Assembly: GCA_963674785.1 (NCBI GenBank)
Contig: OY771555.1
Coordinates: 1,312,001 to 1,376,000, forward strand
From: Caldisericia bacterium
Lineage (GTDB): Bacteria; Caldisericota; Caldisericia; JAAYUI01
DNA: 64,000 bases
Direction: 5' to 3'
Notes under the pieces: generated by a model
The model's database searches: none
What the model was told of the DNA's origin: nothing
Seen by the model: only the letters and a program-made list of their open reading frames with translations
Shown here: positions 1 to 13,382 of the stretch, piece after piece
Numbering within the stretch: position 1 is the first letter of the stretch
How the letters are laid out: every line of letters starts with the position of its first letter
Made by a program: the position numbers and the translations under genes

Positions 1-5
1 GAAAA

Positions 6-1178
6 ATGAAAAAACTAATAGTATTTTTTCTGGTATCTTCTTTGATAGTTGCCTTTGGGATTCCAGTGGCACAAAACACAAAAGCAGAGACAGTTTGGAA
101 GATCGGAGACAGAGTCGTCCCTGGCCCACTTCCGCCAAATTTCAAATCCCCTGCGCCAGAGCTTGAAAGCAGGCTTGATCTCTCTTATGGTGACCATGAA
201 CTTCAAAAAGTTGATTTTTATAGGCCAGTAGAGTGTGAGGGTCAAACTCTTCCTCTTGCTATCTACATCCATGGTGGTGGGTTCACCGGTGGTGACAAAG
301 GAAGGGCATTTCAAAAAGCCGAATGCACTATGTTTTTTCAGATGGGTTTTGCTGTGGCGTCTGTCAATTACAGACTCGCACCAGATTTTGAAATGCATTA
401 TCTGATTGAGGACTGCAAGCTTGCCATCAGATATTTAAAAGCAAATGCAAATGATTTGGGGATTGACCCTGAAAGAATCGCAATCTGGGGGACATCAGCG
501 GGTGGTCACCTTGTAGGAATACTTGGAACAGCAGACGATGATGACGGACTTGAGGGAGAGGGACTTCTTGAGTATTCAAGCAGAGTAAATGCTGTTGTAA
601 ACCAGTATGGAACGGCTGATTTTACAACGATGTTCAAACAGATTAACACAGAAAGAGCAAAAAAGAACATTCAGGATTTCTTTGGCAAAGAAACTTTTGA
701 AGAGTGTAAAGATGAAGCAAAAAGAACATCAACTGTCACATATGCGAGCTCTGATGACCCACCAATGCTTATTCAACATGGTGATGCTGACCCTGTGGTT
801 CCATATGCTCAATCAAGACAGCTCGCAAAGACACTCTTTGAAGCTGATGCTAGCTGTGCACTTGTGAAGGTGAGTAATGGTGGACATGGATTTGGTGCTG
901 TAGATAAATCAAAGGATGTGGTTCCTGGAAGAGAAACAACAACTTTTCAGTGTGTGGCACATCTTGCAAGATATATTGAGCCAGAAGTGCTTGGTGATTT
1001 GAATCTGGATGGAAAGATTAATCTTGATGATATGTTTGAGCTTGCATCGTTGATTGGTTCCTTGGGAACAGATGAAAATGGAAATTCAGCACCTGAATAT
1101 TGGAATCCACTTGCAGACCTTGTTCCCGATGGGAAAATTGACATCAAAGATTGGGAATTATTTTGGGAGGTATATTAG
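6..1178 (+). CDS. Secreted alpha/beta hydrolase (HSL/BD-FAE-like esterase) with C-terminal dockerin-like domain
   Basis: Signal peptide; HGGG oxyanion motif, GTSAG nucleophile, HGDAD and GHGF; C-terminal paired Ca-loops GDLNLDGKINLDD...ADLVPDGKIDIKD. Confidence 0.85.
   Translation: MKKLIVFFLVSSLIVAFGIPVAQNTKAETVWKIGDRVVPGPLPPNFKSPAPELESRLDLSYGDHELQKVDFYRPVECEGQTLPLAIYIHGGGFTGGDKGRAFQKAECTMFFQMGFAVASVNYRLAPDFEMHYLIEDCKLAIRYLKANANDLGIDPERIAIWGTSAGGHLVGILGTADDDDGLEGEGLLEYSSRVNAVVNQYGTADFTTMFKQINTERAKKNIQDFFGKETFEECKDEAKRTSTVTYASSDDPPMLIQHGDADPVVPYAQSRQLAKTLFEADASCALVKVSNGGHGFGAVDKSKDVVPGRETTTFQCVAHLARYIEPEVLGDLNLDGKINLDDMFELASLIGSLGTDENGNSAPEYWNPLADLVPDGKIDIKDWELFWEVY
1032..1154 (+). repeat. 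Dockerin-coding segment nearly identical to 2198-2320
   Basis: 41 codons aligned by eye, 8 differences, all synonymous third-position changes. Confidence 0.9.
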
Positions 1179-1183
1179 AATTT

Positions 1184-2344
1184 ATGAAGAAATTGATTTC
1201 AATAGCCCTTGTTTTAGTTCTGATTTTTTCTGCAACGTCACTTTTTGCAAAAGAAGAGAAGACCTATAAACTCGGTGACAGAGTTATCCCTGGTCCACTG
1301 CCACCTGATTCCTATGCTGGCATACCAAGATCTGAAAGAAGATTAGATGTGAAGTATGGTGATAAATCTGAATGGCAGGTTTTCGATTTTGCACGTCCTG
1401 AAATATGTGAAGGACAGACAATACCTCTTGTGATATTTTTCCATGGTGATGGTTTTTCACACAAAGTCACAAAGGATGGTGGTTTAAGAAATCCTCCAGC
1501 GATTCAATTTTTGCAACTTGGGTTTGCTGTGGCCTCAGTTGACTATCGAGTTATCGATGATGAGGTGTTTCCAGCTTTGGTTCACGATTGCAAACTTGCT
1601 ATCAGATATTTCAGAAAAAATGCGGAAGAGTTTGGAATAGACCCTGACAGGATTGCTGTTTGGGGAAGCTCGATGGGTGGCTACCTTTCGGCTTTTTTGG
1701 GATACGTGAACGATGATGATGGTTTTGAAGGTGAGGGACTTGAGGATGTTTCAAGTTCCGTTTCGGTGATTGTTGATTATTTTGGCGTAAAAGCTGTTGG
1801 TCGAATTGATACAAAACAAGCGGTACCAAATAGACCTCGATTTGTTGGCGAAGAAGCAGGAACACCAGAGTTTAAGAAAAAAGCATATGAAGCATCACCC
1901 ATAAACTATGTTGATGAAAATGATCCACCGACTCTCATGATTCATGGCGATAAAGACACAAAAGTGAACTATGAACAAAGTGTTTTGTTTGCTCAGAAGA
2001 ATTATGAGTTCGGGAATAATATTGCATTAATTAAGGTAAAAAATGCTGAACATGGTTTTGACCCATCTCCTGCAGATGCTGTTATCTCCCCGGCAAATGA
2101 AGAAATCTGGTTTGCAACAGTTGCCCATATTGCAAGATATGTTGAACCTGAGGTTTTTGGTGACCTGAACCTTGATGGCAGTGTCAACCTCGATGACATG
2201 TTTGAGCTTGCATCATTGATTGGTTCATTGGGAACTGATGAAAATGGAAATTCAGCGCCAGAATATTGGAATCCACTTGCAGACCTTGTTCCTGATGGAA
2301 AAATTGACATCAAAGACTGGAACAAATTTTGGGAGGTTTACTGA
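1184..2344 (+). CDS. Paralogous secreted alpha/beta hydrolase with C-terminal dockerin-like domain
   Basis: ATG 1184 follows GGAGGT (1166-1171); signal peptide; HGDG, GSSMG, HGDKD, EHGF; same dockerin-like tail as the upstream gene. Confidence 0.85.
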   Translation: MKKLISIALVLVLIFSATSLFAKEEKTYKLGDRVIPGPLPPDSYAGIPRSERRLDVKYGDKSEWQVFDFARPEICEGQTIPLVIFFHGDGFSHKVTKDGGLRNPPAIQFLQLGFAVASVDYRVIDDEVFPALVHDCKLAIRYFRKNAEEFGIDPDRIAVWGSSMGGYLSAFLGYVNDDDGFEGEGLEDVSSSVSVIVDYFGVKAVGRIDTKQAVPNRPRFVGEEAGTPEFKKKAYEASPINYVDENDPPTLMIHGDKDTKVNYEQSVLFAQKNYEFGNNIALIKVKNAEHGFDPSPADAVISPANEEIWFATVAHIARYVEPEVFGDLNLDGSVNLDDMFELASLIGSLGTDENGNSAPEYWNPLADLVPDGKIDIKDWNKFWEVY

Positions 2345-2410
2345 AGTTAAAATAATTGAACGATTATCTTGATTGTTGTAACACAAACTCGAATATAGAA
2401 TCTCTTCGAT

Positions 2411-4363
2411 ATGAAAAAAGAGAAACAATTTGATGATATAAATTATTATTCAAGTATTGGGTTTAAGTCAGGTCTTGAAATCCACCAACAATTGGACACA
2501 AAGAAAAAGCTTTTCTGCAGATGTCCGGTGGGATACAGAACAGAAAGGCCTGATGCAAGAATTGTTAGACATATGAGACCAACTCTTTCTGAGATGGGTA
2601 CCTATGATGGTACTGCATTAATGGAGTTCAAAACAAAAAAAGAAGTAAACTATCTCTTATACAGAGATTTTGTTTGCACATATGAGATGGATGATACTCC
2701 ACCATTTCCAGTTAACCCAGAGGCATTGGATTATGCAATTGAAATCGCATTGATGCTCAATTGCCAGTTGGTCGATGAGGTTCATATCACAAGAAAGCAG
2801 TATCTCGATGGTTCAATCCCAACCGGTTTCCAGCGAACAGCCATTGTCGGTGTTGAAGGGTGGATTCCATACAAAGACAGAAAAATAAGAATTCAGCAAC
2901 TCGCAATTGAAGAGGACTCATGTCGTGAGGTCTCGGATATTGGTCACAAAATAACCTTTAAAACTGATAGATTGGGTATCCCTCTAGTGGAGATTGTCAC
3001 ATATCCGGATATGAGAACCCCACACGAGTGTGCTGAGGTTGGAGAGATTCTTGGAAGGCTTCTAAGGGCGTCTGGAAAAGTACGTCGCGGAATGGGTTCA
3101 GCAAGACAGGATGTTAATAGTTCTGTTACGGGTGGCCCACGAATCGAGATAAAGGGTGTACCAAAGACATGGTATATCCCAAGAATGCTCGACACTGAGT
3201 CAAAAAGACATCTGAAACTTCTTGAGATAAGAGACAGGCTCAATAAGAATGGTCTTAAGTACAATGAAAATCTGAATCCAACACTCAGGGAAGAGGAAAG
3301 ACTCAGGGAGTTGGAAAAACTCAAAAAGGGAATTGTTTCTGATGTTACACATCTTCTTGTGGATACATCATTTCCACCGATAAGAGAAGCCATTGGAAGA
3401 AATCAGAATGTTTGGGCGATTAAGCTTGAGCAGTTTGAGGATGTTTTATCAGAAAATGTTCAACCAGATAAAACCTTTGGTGAGGAGTTTGCTGGAAGAA
3501 TAAGGGTCATCGCTTGTCTTGATGGAAAACCAAATATGATTTGGAGATCAGCGGGGAAGCTTTATCCGGGTGATTGGGAAAGAATTACCTCTGAGCTATC
3601 GTCACGACCGAATGATGAGGTAGTTTTGGTTTGGGGTGAAAAGGGTGATCTTGAGGTTGCATCAAACGAGATTTTACTTCGAGCAAATGAAGCAACACTT
3701 GGAATTCCTGAAGAAACAAGACAACATATGCAGGATGGTTATAGAACAGATTTTGAAAGGATTCTTCCTGGACCAGACAGAATGTATCCAGATACTGACT
3801 CTCCACCCGTTAGAATTACTGAAGAGAGAAGAACACGAATTGCAAAGAACCGACCTGAAAGACCATGGGAGAGAGAAGAGAAGTATAACAGTCTAGGAAT
3901 CCATGAATCAGTCGGTTGGAAATTGGCAGCACACCCAAGGGCAACACTTTTTGAAAAACTGCTTGAAGTTGGGTTTGAGCCAAAACTTGCTGCAGAATTG
4001 ATAGTGAACTGGTTAACCCATCTGAGACGCCAAAATAAAGCCTGTCTTGAAAAAGTCCTTACAGATGAAGTGCTGGTTGATGTCATAAGAGTTGCTGTAG
4101 AGAAAAAACTTCCAAAAGAGGCTATCAAAAACGAATTGAATTCACTTGCCTCTGATTGTGATTATAAATTTCAATACCCCGAGCTTGCTGTTGACAAAGA
4201 TATTGAATTTATCATATCTGATGTGCTTGCAAGAGCTGAAAAAATCAAATTTGAATCAATTGATGCGAAAAAACGTTGGGTAAAAGGAAGATCTGTCAGA
4301 TCACTTTATGGAAGAGTGCATGGCAAGATGATTTCTGATTTGATTGATAATAAATTGAACTGA
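2411..4363 (+). CDS. gatE: Glu-tRNA(Gln) amidotransferase subunit E (archaeal-type GatE)
   Basis: GLEIHQQL..KLFCRCP, RPTLSEMG..D..ALME, CTYEMDDTPP, RKQYLDGSIPTGFQRT, RQDVN.S..G.RIEIKGV, PG.DRMYPDTDSPP; 650 aa with an internal insertion absent from GatB. Confidence 0.9.
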   Translation: MKKEKQFDDINYYSSIGFKSGLEIHQQLDTKKKLFCRCPVGYRTERPDARIVRHMRPTLSEMGTYDGTALMEFKTKKEVNYLLYRDFVCTYEMDDTPPFPVNPEALDYAIEIALMLNCQLVDEVHITRKQYLDGSIPTGFQRTAIVGVEGWIPYKDRKIRIQQLAIEEDSCREVSDIGHKITFKTDRLGIPLVEIVTYPDMRTPHECAEVGEILGRLLRASGKVRRGMGSARQDVNSSVTGGPRIEIKGVPKTWYIPRMLDTESKRHLKLLEIRDRLNKNGLKYNENLNPTLREEERLRELEKLKKGIVSDVTHLLVDTSFPPIREAIGRNQNVWAIKLEQFEDVLSENVQPDKTFGEEFAGRIRVIACLDGKPNMIWRSAGKLYPGDWERITSELSSRPNDEVVLVWGEKGDLEVASNEILLRANEATLGIPEETRQHMQDGYRTDFERILPGPDRMYPDTDSPPVRITEERRTRIAKNRPERPWEREEKYNSLGIHESVGWKLAAHPRATLFEKLLEVGFEPKLAAELIVNWLTHLRRQNKACLEKVLTDEVLVDVIRVAVEKKLPKEAIKNELNSLASDCDYKFQYPELAVDKDIEFIISDVLARAEKIKFESIDAKKRWVKGRSVRSLYGRVHGKMISDLIDNKLN

Positions 4364-5230
4364 TTAATCAAAGAGCCTTGTTTTTCTCACCGGTTTTGGC
4401 TTTGAATATGTGTCAAAGATTTGGTGTTTTTTCCTGAGCATCGATAGATATCCATATAATCCACTGCCATATTTTTTTGCAACATTACTAGATTTGTAAA
4501 GGATTCTGTACTTGGGAACGAGCTCAGGGAACTTCTTTTCTAGAAATCGGAAGAATTTGTTCTTTGTATTTCCCCTAAGGTGTAGTGCCGATGCAAACAT
4601 GTTGCTCACGTTGTATTTTTTGCAGAGCTTGAATATCTCTTCAAGATTATCTCTCTGATCTGTTATAAGAGGGATAATTGGCATGAGAAGAACAGTTGTT
4701 TTGATACCAATCTTACTGAACTCTCCGAGCATTTCTAACCGGTCTTTAGTAGGTGATGCACCAGGTTCAACAATTTTTCTTGTTTTCTCGTCGAGTGTTG
4801 AAACTGAAGTTCCGACATGAACTTCAGCAACTTTAGAAAGCTCCCTTATGAGTTCAAAGTCCCTTAAAATCAGTGTTGATTTTGTTGTAATTATTGTGGG
4901 ATTTTCGTGATTGATCATTGTCCTTAATACCTTGGGCATGAGTTTGTATTTTTTCTCAATAGGCTGATAAGAGTCAGATACTCCGCCAATTGTTACTGCG
5001 TGATTTTCCCAGCTTCTTTTTGATAGCTGGGTATCAAGAGCACCTGCGATATTTGTTTTTACAAAAATATCTGAAAAGAAGCAGTCTGTGTTGAGGTATC
5101 TGTGAGAGTATTGGGCGAAACAATAAGCACATCCATGACCACAACCTCTGTAAATATTCAAATCCCAATTGGACGCGAAGGTTTTCCCGTGGAAATGCAA
5201 CGCTGTTTTTGCTTCTATTTCATGAATCAC
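4364..5230 (-). CDS. Radical SAM protein, SPL/Rv2578c-like family
   Basis: N.YRGCGHGCAYCFA CxxxCxxC motif; SDSYQPIE, TTKS, EPGASP motifs. Confidence 0.85.
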   Translation of the reverse strand: MIHEIEAKTALHFHGKTFASNWDLNIYRGCGHGCAYCFAQYSHRYLNTDCFFSDIFVKTNIAGALDTQLSKRSWENHAVTIGGVSDSYQPIEKKYKLMPKVLRTMINHENPTIITTKSTLILRDFELIRELSKVAEVHVGTSVSTLDEKTRKIVEPGASPTKDRLEMLGEFSKIGIKTTVLLMPIIPLITDQRDNLEEIFKLCKKYNVSNMFASALHLRGNTKNKFFRFLEKKFPELVPKYRILYKSSNVAKKYGSGLYGYLSMLRKKHQIFDTYSKPKPVRKTRLFD

Positions 5231-5308
5231 GACATTATTATCGGAGGCAAGGGTAATATTAGAAACTGAAACTAAGTAAAACGAAAAACTTTTGTTTTGA
5301 AAAAAGAA

Positions 5309-5431
5309 TTATGGTTGCTTGTACCTGAAACCAACTCCCTGATCTTCAGCAAAATCAAGACACTCTTCCTGACCGAAGAGACAACTTACCGTCCTGCTAA
5401 ACCACTGTGCAAATCTTTTAAAAACGCTCAC
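5309..5431 (-). CDS. Putative 40-aa small protein MSVFKRFAQWFSRTVSCLFGQEECLDFAEDQGVGFRYKQP
   Basis: Translated by hand; GTG start 6 nt after purine-rich SD AAAAGGGGGA; fills an otherwise empty intergenic gap. Confidence 0.5.
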   Translation of the reverse strand: MSVFKRFAQWFSRTVSCLFGQEECLDFAEDQGVGFRYKQP

Positions 5432-5528
5432 TTGGTATCCCCCTTTTGAGCTAACTTGCACGTAGTGGTAACAGAATCTATATCGAAATCAACAAAGACG
5501 GGTTAAGTAGATTTAATAAATGGGTTAT

Positions 5529-6179
5529 TTAGATTCTGACGAGGAAGAATATTCGGTAGTTTTTATCTACCTTAATATGTCGTATTGCCTTCATCTGTGA
5601 CTTGGCAAGTTCTGAGGCAAACTGGTCAAGTTCGGCAAAATATCGTGTGTTGTCTGAGTTTACTCTGGTTTGGAGATTTACATCATGTTTAAGAGAATCA
5701 GGGATTCCAAGCATGGTTGAAATGACAACCTTACCATCTTTTTTGAGATTTTCTCTAACTCTTTTCAGGAAAAATACTCTGTCACCACCTATGATTCCCT
5801 GGAAAAACTGGTCAGCAATAATCCAGTCATATGGAGGGTTCGGAAATCCTCTGTGTGTCATGGCGTTACCAATGAAGAATGTTAGATTAGATGGACACTC
5901 TCGTTCACCACAGATGTTGATAGCTGATTCTGCTAAGTCGCAGGCTTCAACGGTCACATCTTCATGTGATGCTAGTGCGAAAGCAAGATCTCCCGATCCA
6001 CAACCAAGTTCAAGAATCTTTGCACCAGGAGCAAATTTCTCTTCTTTCGCCCATTTGAGCATAAATTTCCTGGATTCCTCTGACTCAATAGGCCAGTTCT
6101 TGATTCCCTTCTCAGCCATCTCTCGATATGTCGGTTCCATATCGTAGTAGAATTTTCTAATATCTTTTCTTCTTGACAC
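5529..6179 (-). CDS. Class I SAM-dependent methyltransferase
   Basis: ILELGCGSG motif I, acidic DLA motif II, LKKDG motif. Confidence 0.85.
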   Translation of the reverse strand: MSRRKDIRKFYYDMEPTYREMAEKGIKNWPIESEESRKFMLKWAKEEKFAPGAKILELGCGSGDLAFALASHEDVTVEACDLAESAINICGERECPSNLTFFIGNAMTHRGFPNPPYDWIIADQFFQGIIGGDRVFFLKRVRENLKKDGKVVISTMLGIPDSLKHDVNLQTRVNSDNTRYFAELDQFASELAKSQMKAIRHIKVDKNYRIFFLVRI

Positions 6180-6272
6180 GATCCTACAATATACTCCAAT
6201 CCTTAACGGGTTAATTTTAGCTTGAAATTATCAAATTGAAAGGGTGTTTTGAATAAGGGAATTGAAGGTTTG

Positions 6273-6300
6273 TTGATATTTAAATCCTTCATCATATTAT
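6273..6300 (+). promoter_or_regulatory. Sigma70-type promoter for a probably leaderless transcript
   Basis: TTGATA-16nt-TATTAT, 7 nt before ATG 6308, no SD. Confidence 0.55.
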
Positions 6301-6307
6301 TTGAAGA

Positions 6308-7387
6308 ATGAATAACCTACTTCGATTGTTTAAGAAAATAAACAAGAGATTTTTGACCAAAAAGACAGTAATACTGACTGTTTTGATCCTTCTTGTCGGA
6401 TTATTTATCCTTGCATCATTTGTGACTTTTAATCTTGATGCTGTGACTAATTGGGACACTTTTGCAGGACATATTTGGTCAGAATTTTGGAATTTGATTA
6501 TTTATCTAATTGGTGGCGCGAAGGCTGCCTCAATAACATATGAGGGGTGGTTGAAGATTGGGATTGTTACGGTAATCTTCAAGACTATCCTTTCAGCTCT
6601 TGGTGTTTTGGTGACTGGTTTTACAGTTGCTGCGATTACAAGCTATCTTGTTGAAAAAGTTTTAAGGAGGCTTATGGGTATGGGTTTACCTGTTCTTTCA
6701 AATCATACAGTTGTTTGCGGTTGGAACGCAAGTGCAGATCTTATCGTCAAAAGGATTCATGATGAAGACCCTGATGAGTTGATTGTTTTGGTCTGTGAAA
6801 GAGGAGAGGCTCCAAAGACTGGTAAAAACCTTTATTGGGTGAAGGGTGATCATACGAAGACAGATATTCTAGACAAATCGTATGTAAAAAAAGCACATAC
6901 TGCAATTATCCTATCTGACTTAGAGGCAGCAGGAGGCTCAAGAGAGCTTGCGGATGCAAGAACGGTGCTTGCAGTTTTGGCAATTGAGAGTATGCATCCA
7001 GAAATCCACTCTGCGGCAGAGCTTCTTGACCCAAGCAACAAACCACATCTTGCCAGAGCAAATGTAGATGAGATTGTTATCTCTGGAGAGCTTTCTGGAA
7101 CAATTCTTTCAAGAGTTTCGGAAAATAAAGGTTTATCAAGGATTGTAAAATCACTCTTGCAGGTTGGCGAAGGTAGTGAGATATACAGAATTGGAATTGT
7201 TCCAGAAAAATTTAAACAAATGAAATTTGGTGACCTTTATCTTGAATTATACAAAACCAAGCATTATGTGTTGCTGGGTTTTGAAGATGATTCTGGAGAA
7301 TTCCATCTTTCCCCGCCCTATGATTCAAAGATTGATGTGGCAGAAGCTATGTATATTATCTCCGAAGATAAACCGATTTTTGCCTAA
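6308..7387 (+). CDS. 2TM ion channel-like protein with RCK (TrkA-N) domain and non-canonical pore
   Basis: Two TM segments flanking a pore-helix-like WNLIIYLIGG; RCK motifs HTVVCGW, GDHT..IL, AIILSD, DARTVL, AELLD. Confidence 0.75.
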   Translation: MNNLLRLFKKINKRFLTKKTVILTVLILLVGLFILASFVTFNLDAVTNWDTFAGHIWSEFWNLIIYLIGGAKAASITYEGWLKIGIVTVIFKTILSALGVLVTGFTVAAITSYLVEKVLRRLMGMGLPVLSNHTVVCGWNASADLIVKRIHDEDPDELIVLVCERGEAPKTGKNLYWVKGDHTKTDILDKSYVKKAHTAIILSDLEAAGGSRELADARTVLAVLAIESMHPEIHSAAELLDPSNKPHLARANVDEIVISGELSGTILSRVSENKGLSRIVKSLLQVGEGSEIYRIGIVPEKFKQMKFGDLYLELYKTKHYVLLGFEDDSGEFHLSPPYDSKIDVAEAMYIISEDKPIFA

Positions 7388-7716
7388 TCTGAATTACCTT
7401 CCATAAAAGTTATACCGTTTCCGTCTGGGTCGGCTGTCACAAACATTGTGCAGCCCTCCCACTCGCTAACGAGTGATCTGTTTTCTCTGAGCTTCTCTTT
7501 TACCGAGTTGGGTTTTTTTGTTACCATTGTTATGCCGATTTTTTGTGCGTTTTTGTTGTCGGTTGCGTCCCAAAGGGCGAATTTGATTCCTGCAATCCTC
7601 ATAACGACAAAACCTTCTTCGTTACTCACGATTTGACCGCCAAGGATGTTTGAATAGAATTCCACCTGTTCTGTCAAATTCTTGCATCCAATTTCGAATC
7701 TTATTTCTTCAATCAT
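7384..7716 (-). CDS. VOC/glyoxalase family protein
   Basis: FYSNILG and DPDGN motifs; 110 aa. Confidence 0.8.
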   Translation of the reverse strand: MIEEIRFEIGCKNLTEQVEFYSNILGGQIVSNEEGFVVMRIAGIKFALWDATDNKNAQKIGITMVTKKPNSVKEKLRENRSLVSEWEGCTMFVTADPDGNGITFMEGNSD

Positions 7717-7782
7717 GGCACATCTCCAAAATTTGAGTTGACCAGCACTTTATAAATTCTACAATAGCTCATGGAGGTTTGA

Positions 7783-9636
7783 ATGTCAAAAAGGCTCTTT
7801 GTTATGAAGCCCTGGTTTTGGGTTGCTGTCAGCGCGTTGATTGTGTTTATGCTCTTCGGTTATTTTTATGCTTTGGTTGTTGAGGGCATAAGACCAATTG
7901 TTGTATTTGAAATAAACTCAGAGCCATCTGATGCATTTGTATACCTTAACGAAGATATAGTTGGGCGTACTCCTCATAGGTTTGAGGTTGAGTCTCGACT
8001 TTCAGGTGAGTTGAAGCTTGTTTCAGAAGGGTATAAAGACATCATCAGAACAATTGACATTGAGCCAGGTAAGAATGAATCAGTGATGTTTCATATGCGA
8101 AGAGATACAAAACTCACTGTGAATTCAAAACCTCAGGGAGCAAATCTTTATATTGACGGAAACTTGTGGGGATCAACACCTTGTGTTATTGAGGGCTTTA
8201 TTGATGCGGGTCACCATACAATAAGAGTTGAGATGCTCGACAGATGTTTTGGTGAGGTTGAAAAAGATATTGAATTAATGCTTGGCGAGGACATGGTTAT
8301 TAATAATGAGGAACTCATTCTTCCCGAATTAAACACAGTTACTATAAACTCACAACCACTTGGTGCAATTGTTTCCTCAGATGGTGAGGAATGGGGATTG
8401 ACACCTCTTACCAAGTGTTTGCCTTCCGGACAGTACACGATTTCATTTGAGAAGGAAAACTTTGCAACTGAGGAAAAACAGTTTGAGCTAAGCTCAGATG
8501 CGAGTGTTTATGTTAAGATGCTTGATCCTGAATCATATCTTAAACGTAACCACTTTGAAGTTGATGCAAATGTTGAAACAAAAGTGACGATGATACCAAA
8601 AAAAGCTGATAATTTCTCTCCAATTTTTGGTGTCCCCGTTGAGATAGGCACCTCTCTTACAAGCATTGATTCCGATGAGCTAATGGAGAAGGCTTCAATT
8701 GAGTCAAAGCCTTTTTCCTACATTGTTTTAGGAACAGCAAAGGGGTATGAACCAGGAATTACGGAAATGACTGGACCTGGAACAACATACTTCAATCTGA
8801 AAGAACTTCCCTCATCATCAAAGAGCTATCAGGGAAAATATAAATCTAGTTCAACATCAAGCTCGAAGCCAAGTGGGTTAACATCTCCCGATTCCAGCTT
8901 TGAAATCAAAGCTGATAAAAACTCTGCAGTTCTGACAGAGCTAAATGGAAAAACTCATAACCTGTATCTTCAGTCTGATTATAAACATAATGAATTCACT
9001 TGGTCGGATGACAGCAGATGGTTGTGGTATTTCAGAAATGATGAAGGGAAAAGGGAGCTTGTAAGGCTTGATACTGACACAATGGAGATTGAACCAATCG
9101 ATTCCTTTGATTTGTCTGAATTCAACGCATCTGAGATTATCCCCGATAATATTTTTGGCTGCATGACATCTGTTGATTATTCTGAAACTGCAACAAGAAT
9201 CTATTATCTTGTTCCCGGTTCTGTTAAAGACAAATTGACTCTTGTTTCGAATTCTCCTGCAGGTGGGAACAAAACCATCATTGCAAAAAATCTTGTTCCA
9301 GTTGTTGATAAATGGTCTGTTTGGCTTGAATCTTCAAATGTCTTGAAGTTAACCGGATACTTCCCTGGGTTAATTAAACATGATGGTTACTATCTTCTTG
9401 ATAATGAAGAGTCTGTACATTTTGAGATCACATCAAACCCAAATTCAAATATCAAAGTTGGACAACTAAAGCAAGTCAGTGGTTCAGATATTACCATGTT
9501 CCCTTCCGCAGCCTTTGTTAAGAGAAAGGGAAAAGATATCATAATCTCAGCCCAACTTTACAAGGGTATATCGATAGTTTTTGTCTACCACCCAACAAGC
9601 GATGAGTATGAGCTTTTAGATATCAAGATTGATTAG
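7783..9636 (+). CDS. Membrane-anchored PEGA-domain protein with C-terminal beta-propeller-like region
   Basis: N-terminal TM; three PEGA repeats (NSEPSDA.VY..GRTP; NSKPQGA.LYIDG..GSTP; NSQPLGA..GLTP); WSDD TolB-like motif. Confidence 0.75.
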   Translation: MSKRLFVMKPWFWVAVSALIVFMLFGYFYALVVEGIRPIVVFEINSEPSDAFVYLNEDIVGRTPHRFEVESRLSGELKLVSEGYKDIIRTIDIEPGKNESVMFHMRRDTKLTVNSKPQGANLYIDGNLWGSTPCVIEGFIDAGHHTIRVEMLDRCFGEVEKDIELMLGEDMVINNEELILPELNTVTINSQPLGAIVSSDGEEWGLTPLTKCLPSGQYTISFEKENFATEEKQFELSSDASVYVKMLDPESYLKRNHFEVDANVETKVTMIPKKADNFSPIFGVPVEIGTSLTSIDSDELMEKASIESKPFSYIVLGTAKGYEPGITEMTGPGTTYFNLKELPSSSKSYQGKYKSSSTSSSKPSGLTSPDSSFEIKADKNSAVLTELNGKTHNLYLQSDYKHNEFTWSDDSRWLWYFRNDEGKRELVRLDTDTMEIEPIDSFDLSEFNASEIIPDNIFGCMTSVDYSETATRIYYLVPGSVKDKLTLVSNSPAGGNKTIIAKNLVPVVDKWSVWLESSNVLKLTGYFPGLIKHDGYYLLDNEESVHFEITSNPNSNIKVGQLKQVSGSDITMFPSAAFVKRKGKDIIISAQLYKGISIVFVYHPTSDEYELLDIKID

Positions 9637-9642
9637 ATGATA

Positions 9643-13379
<3,737 letters not shown>

Positions 13380-13382
13380 CGA

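Noticed and set aside
4364-6179. RiPP cluster (peptide + radical SAM + methyltransferase)
   Set aside because: The radical SAM enzyme is SPL-like without SPASM/RRE, and no transporter or peptidase is linked; only the small ORF is kept as a finding
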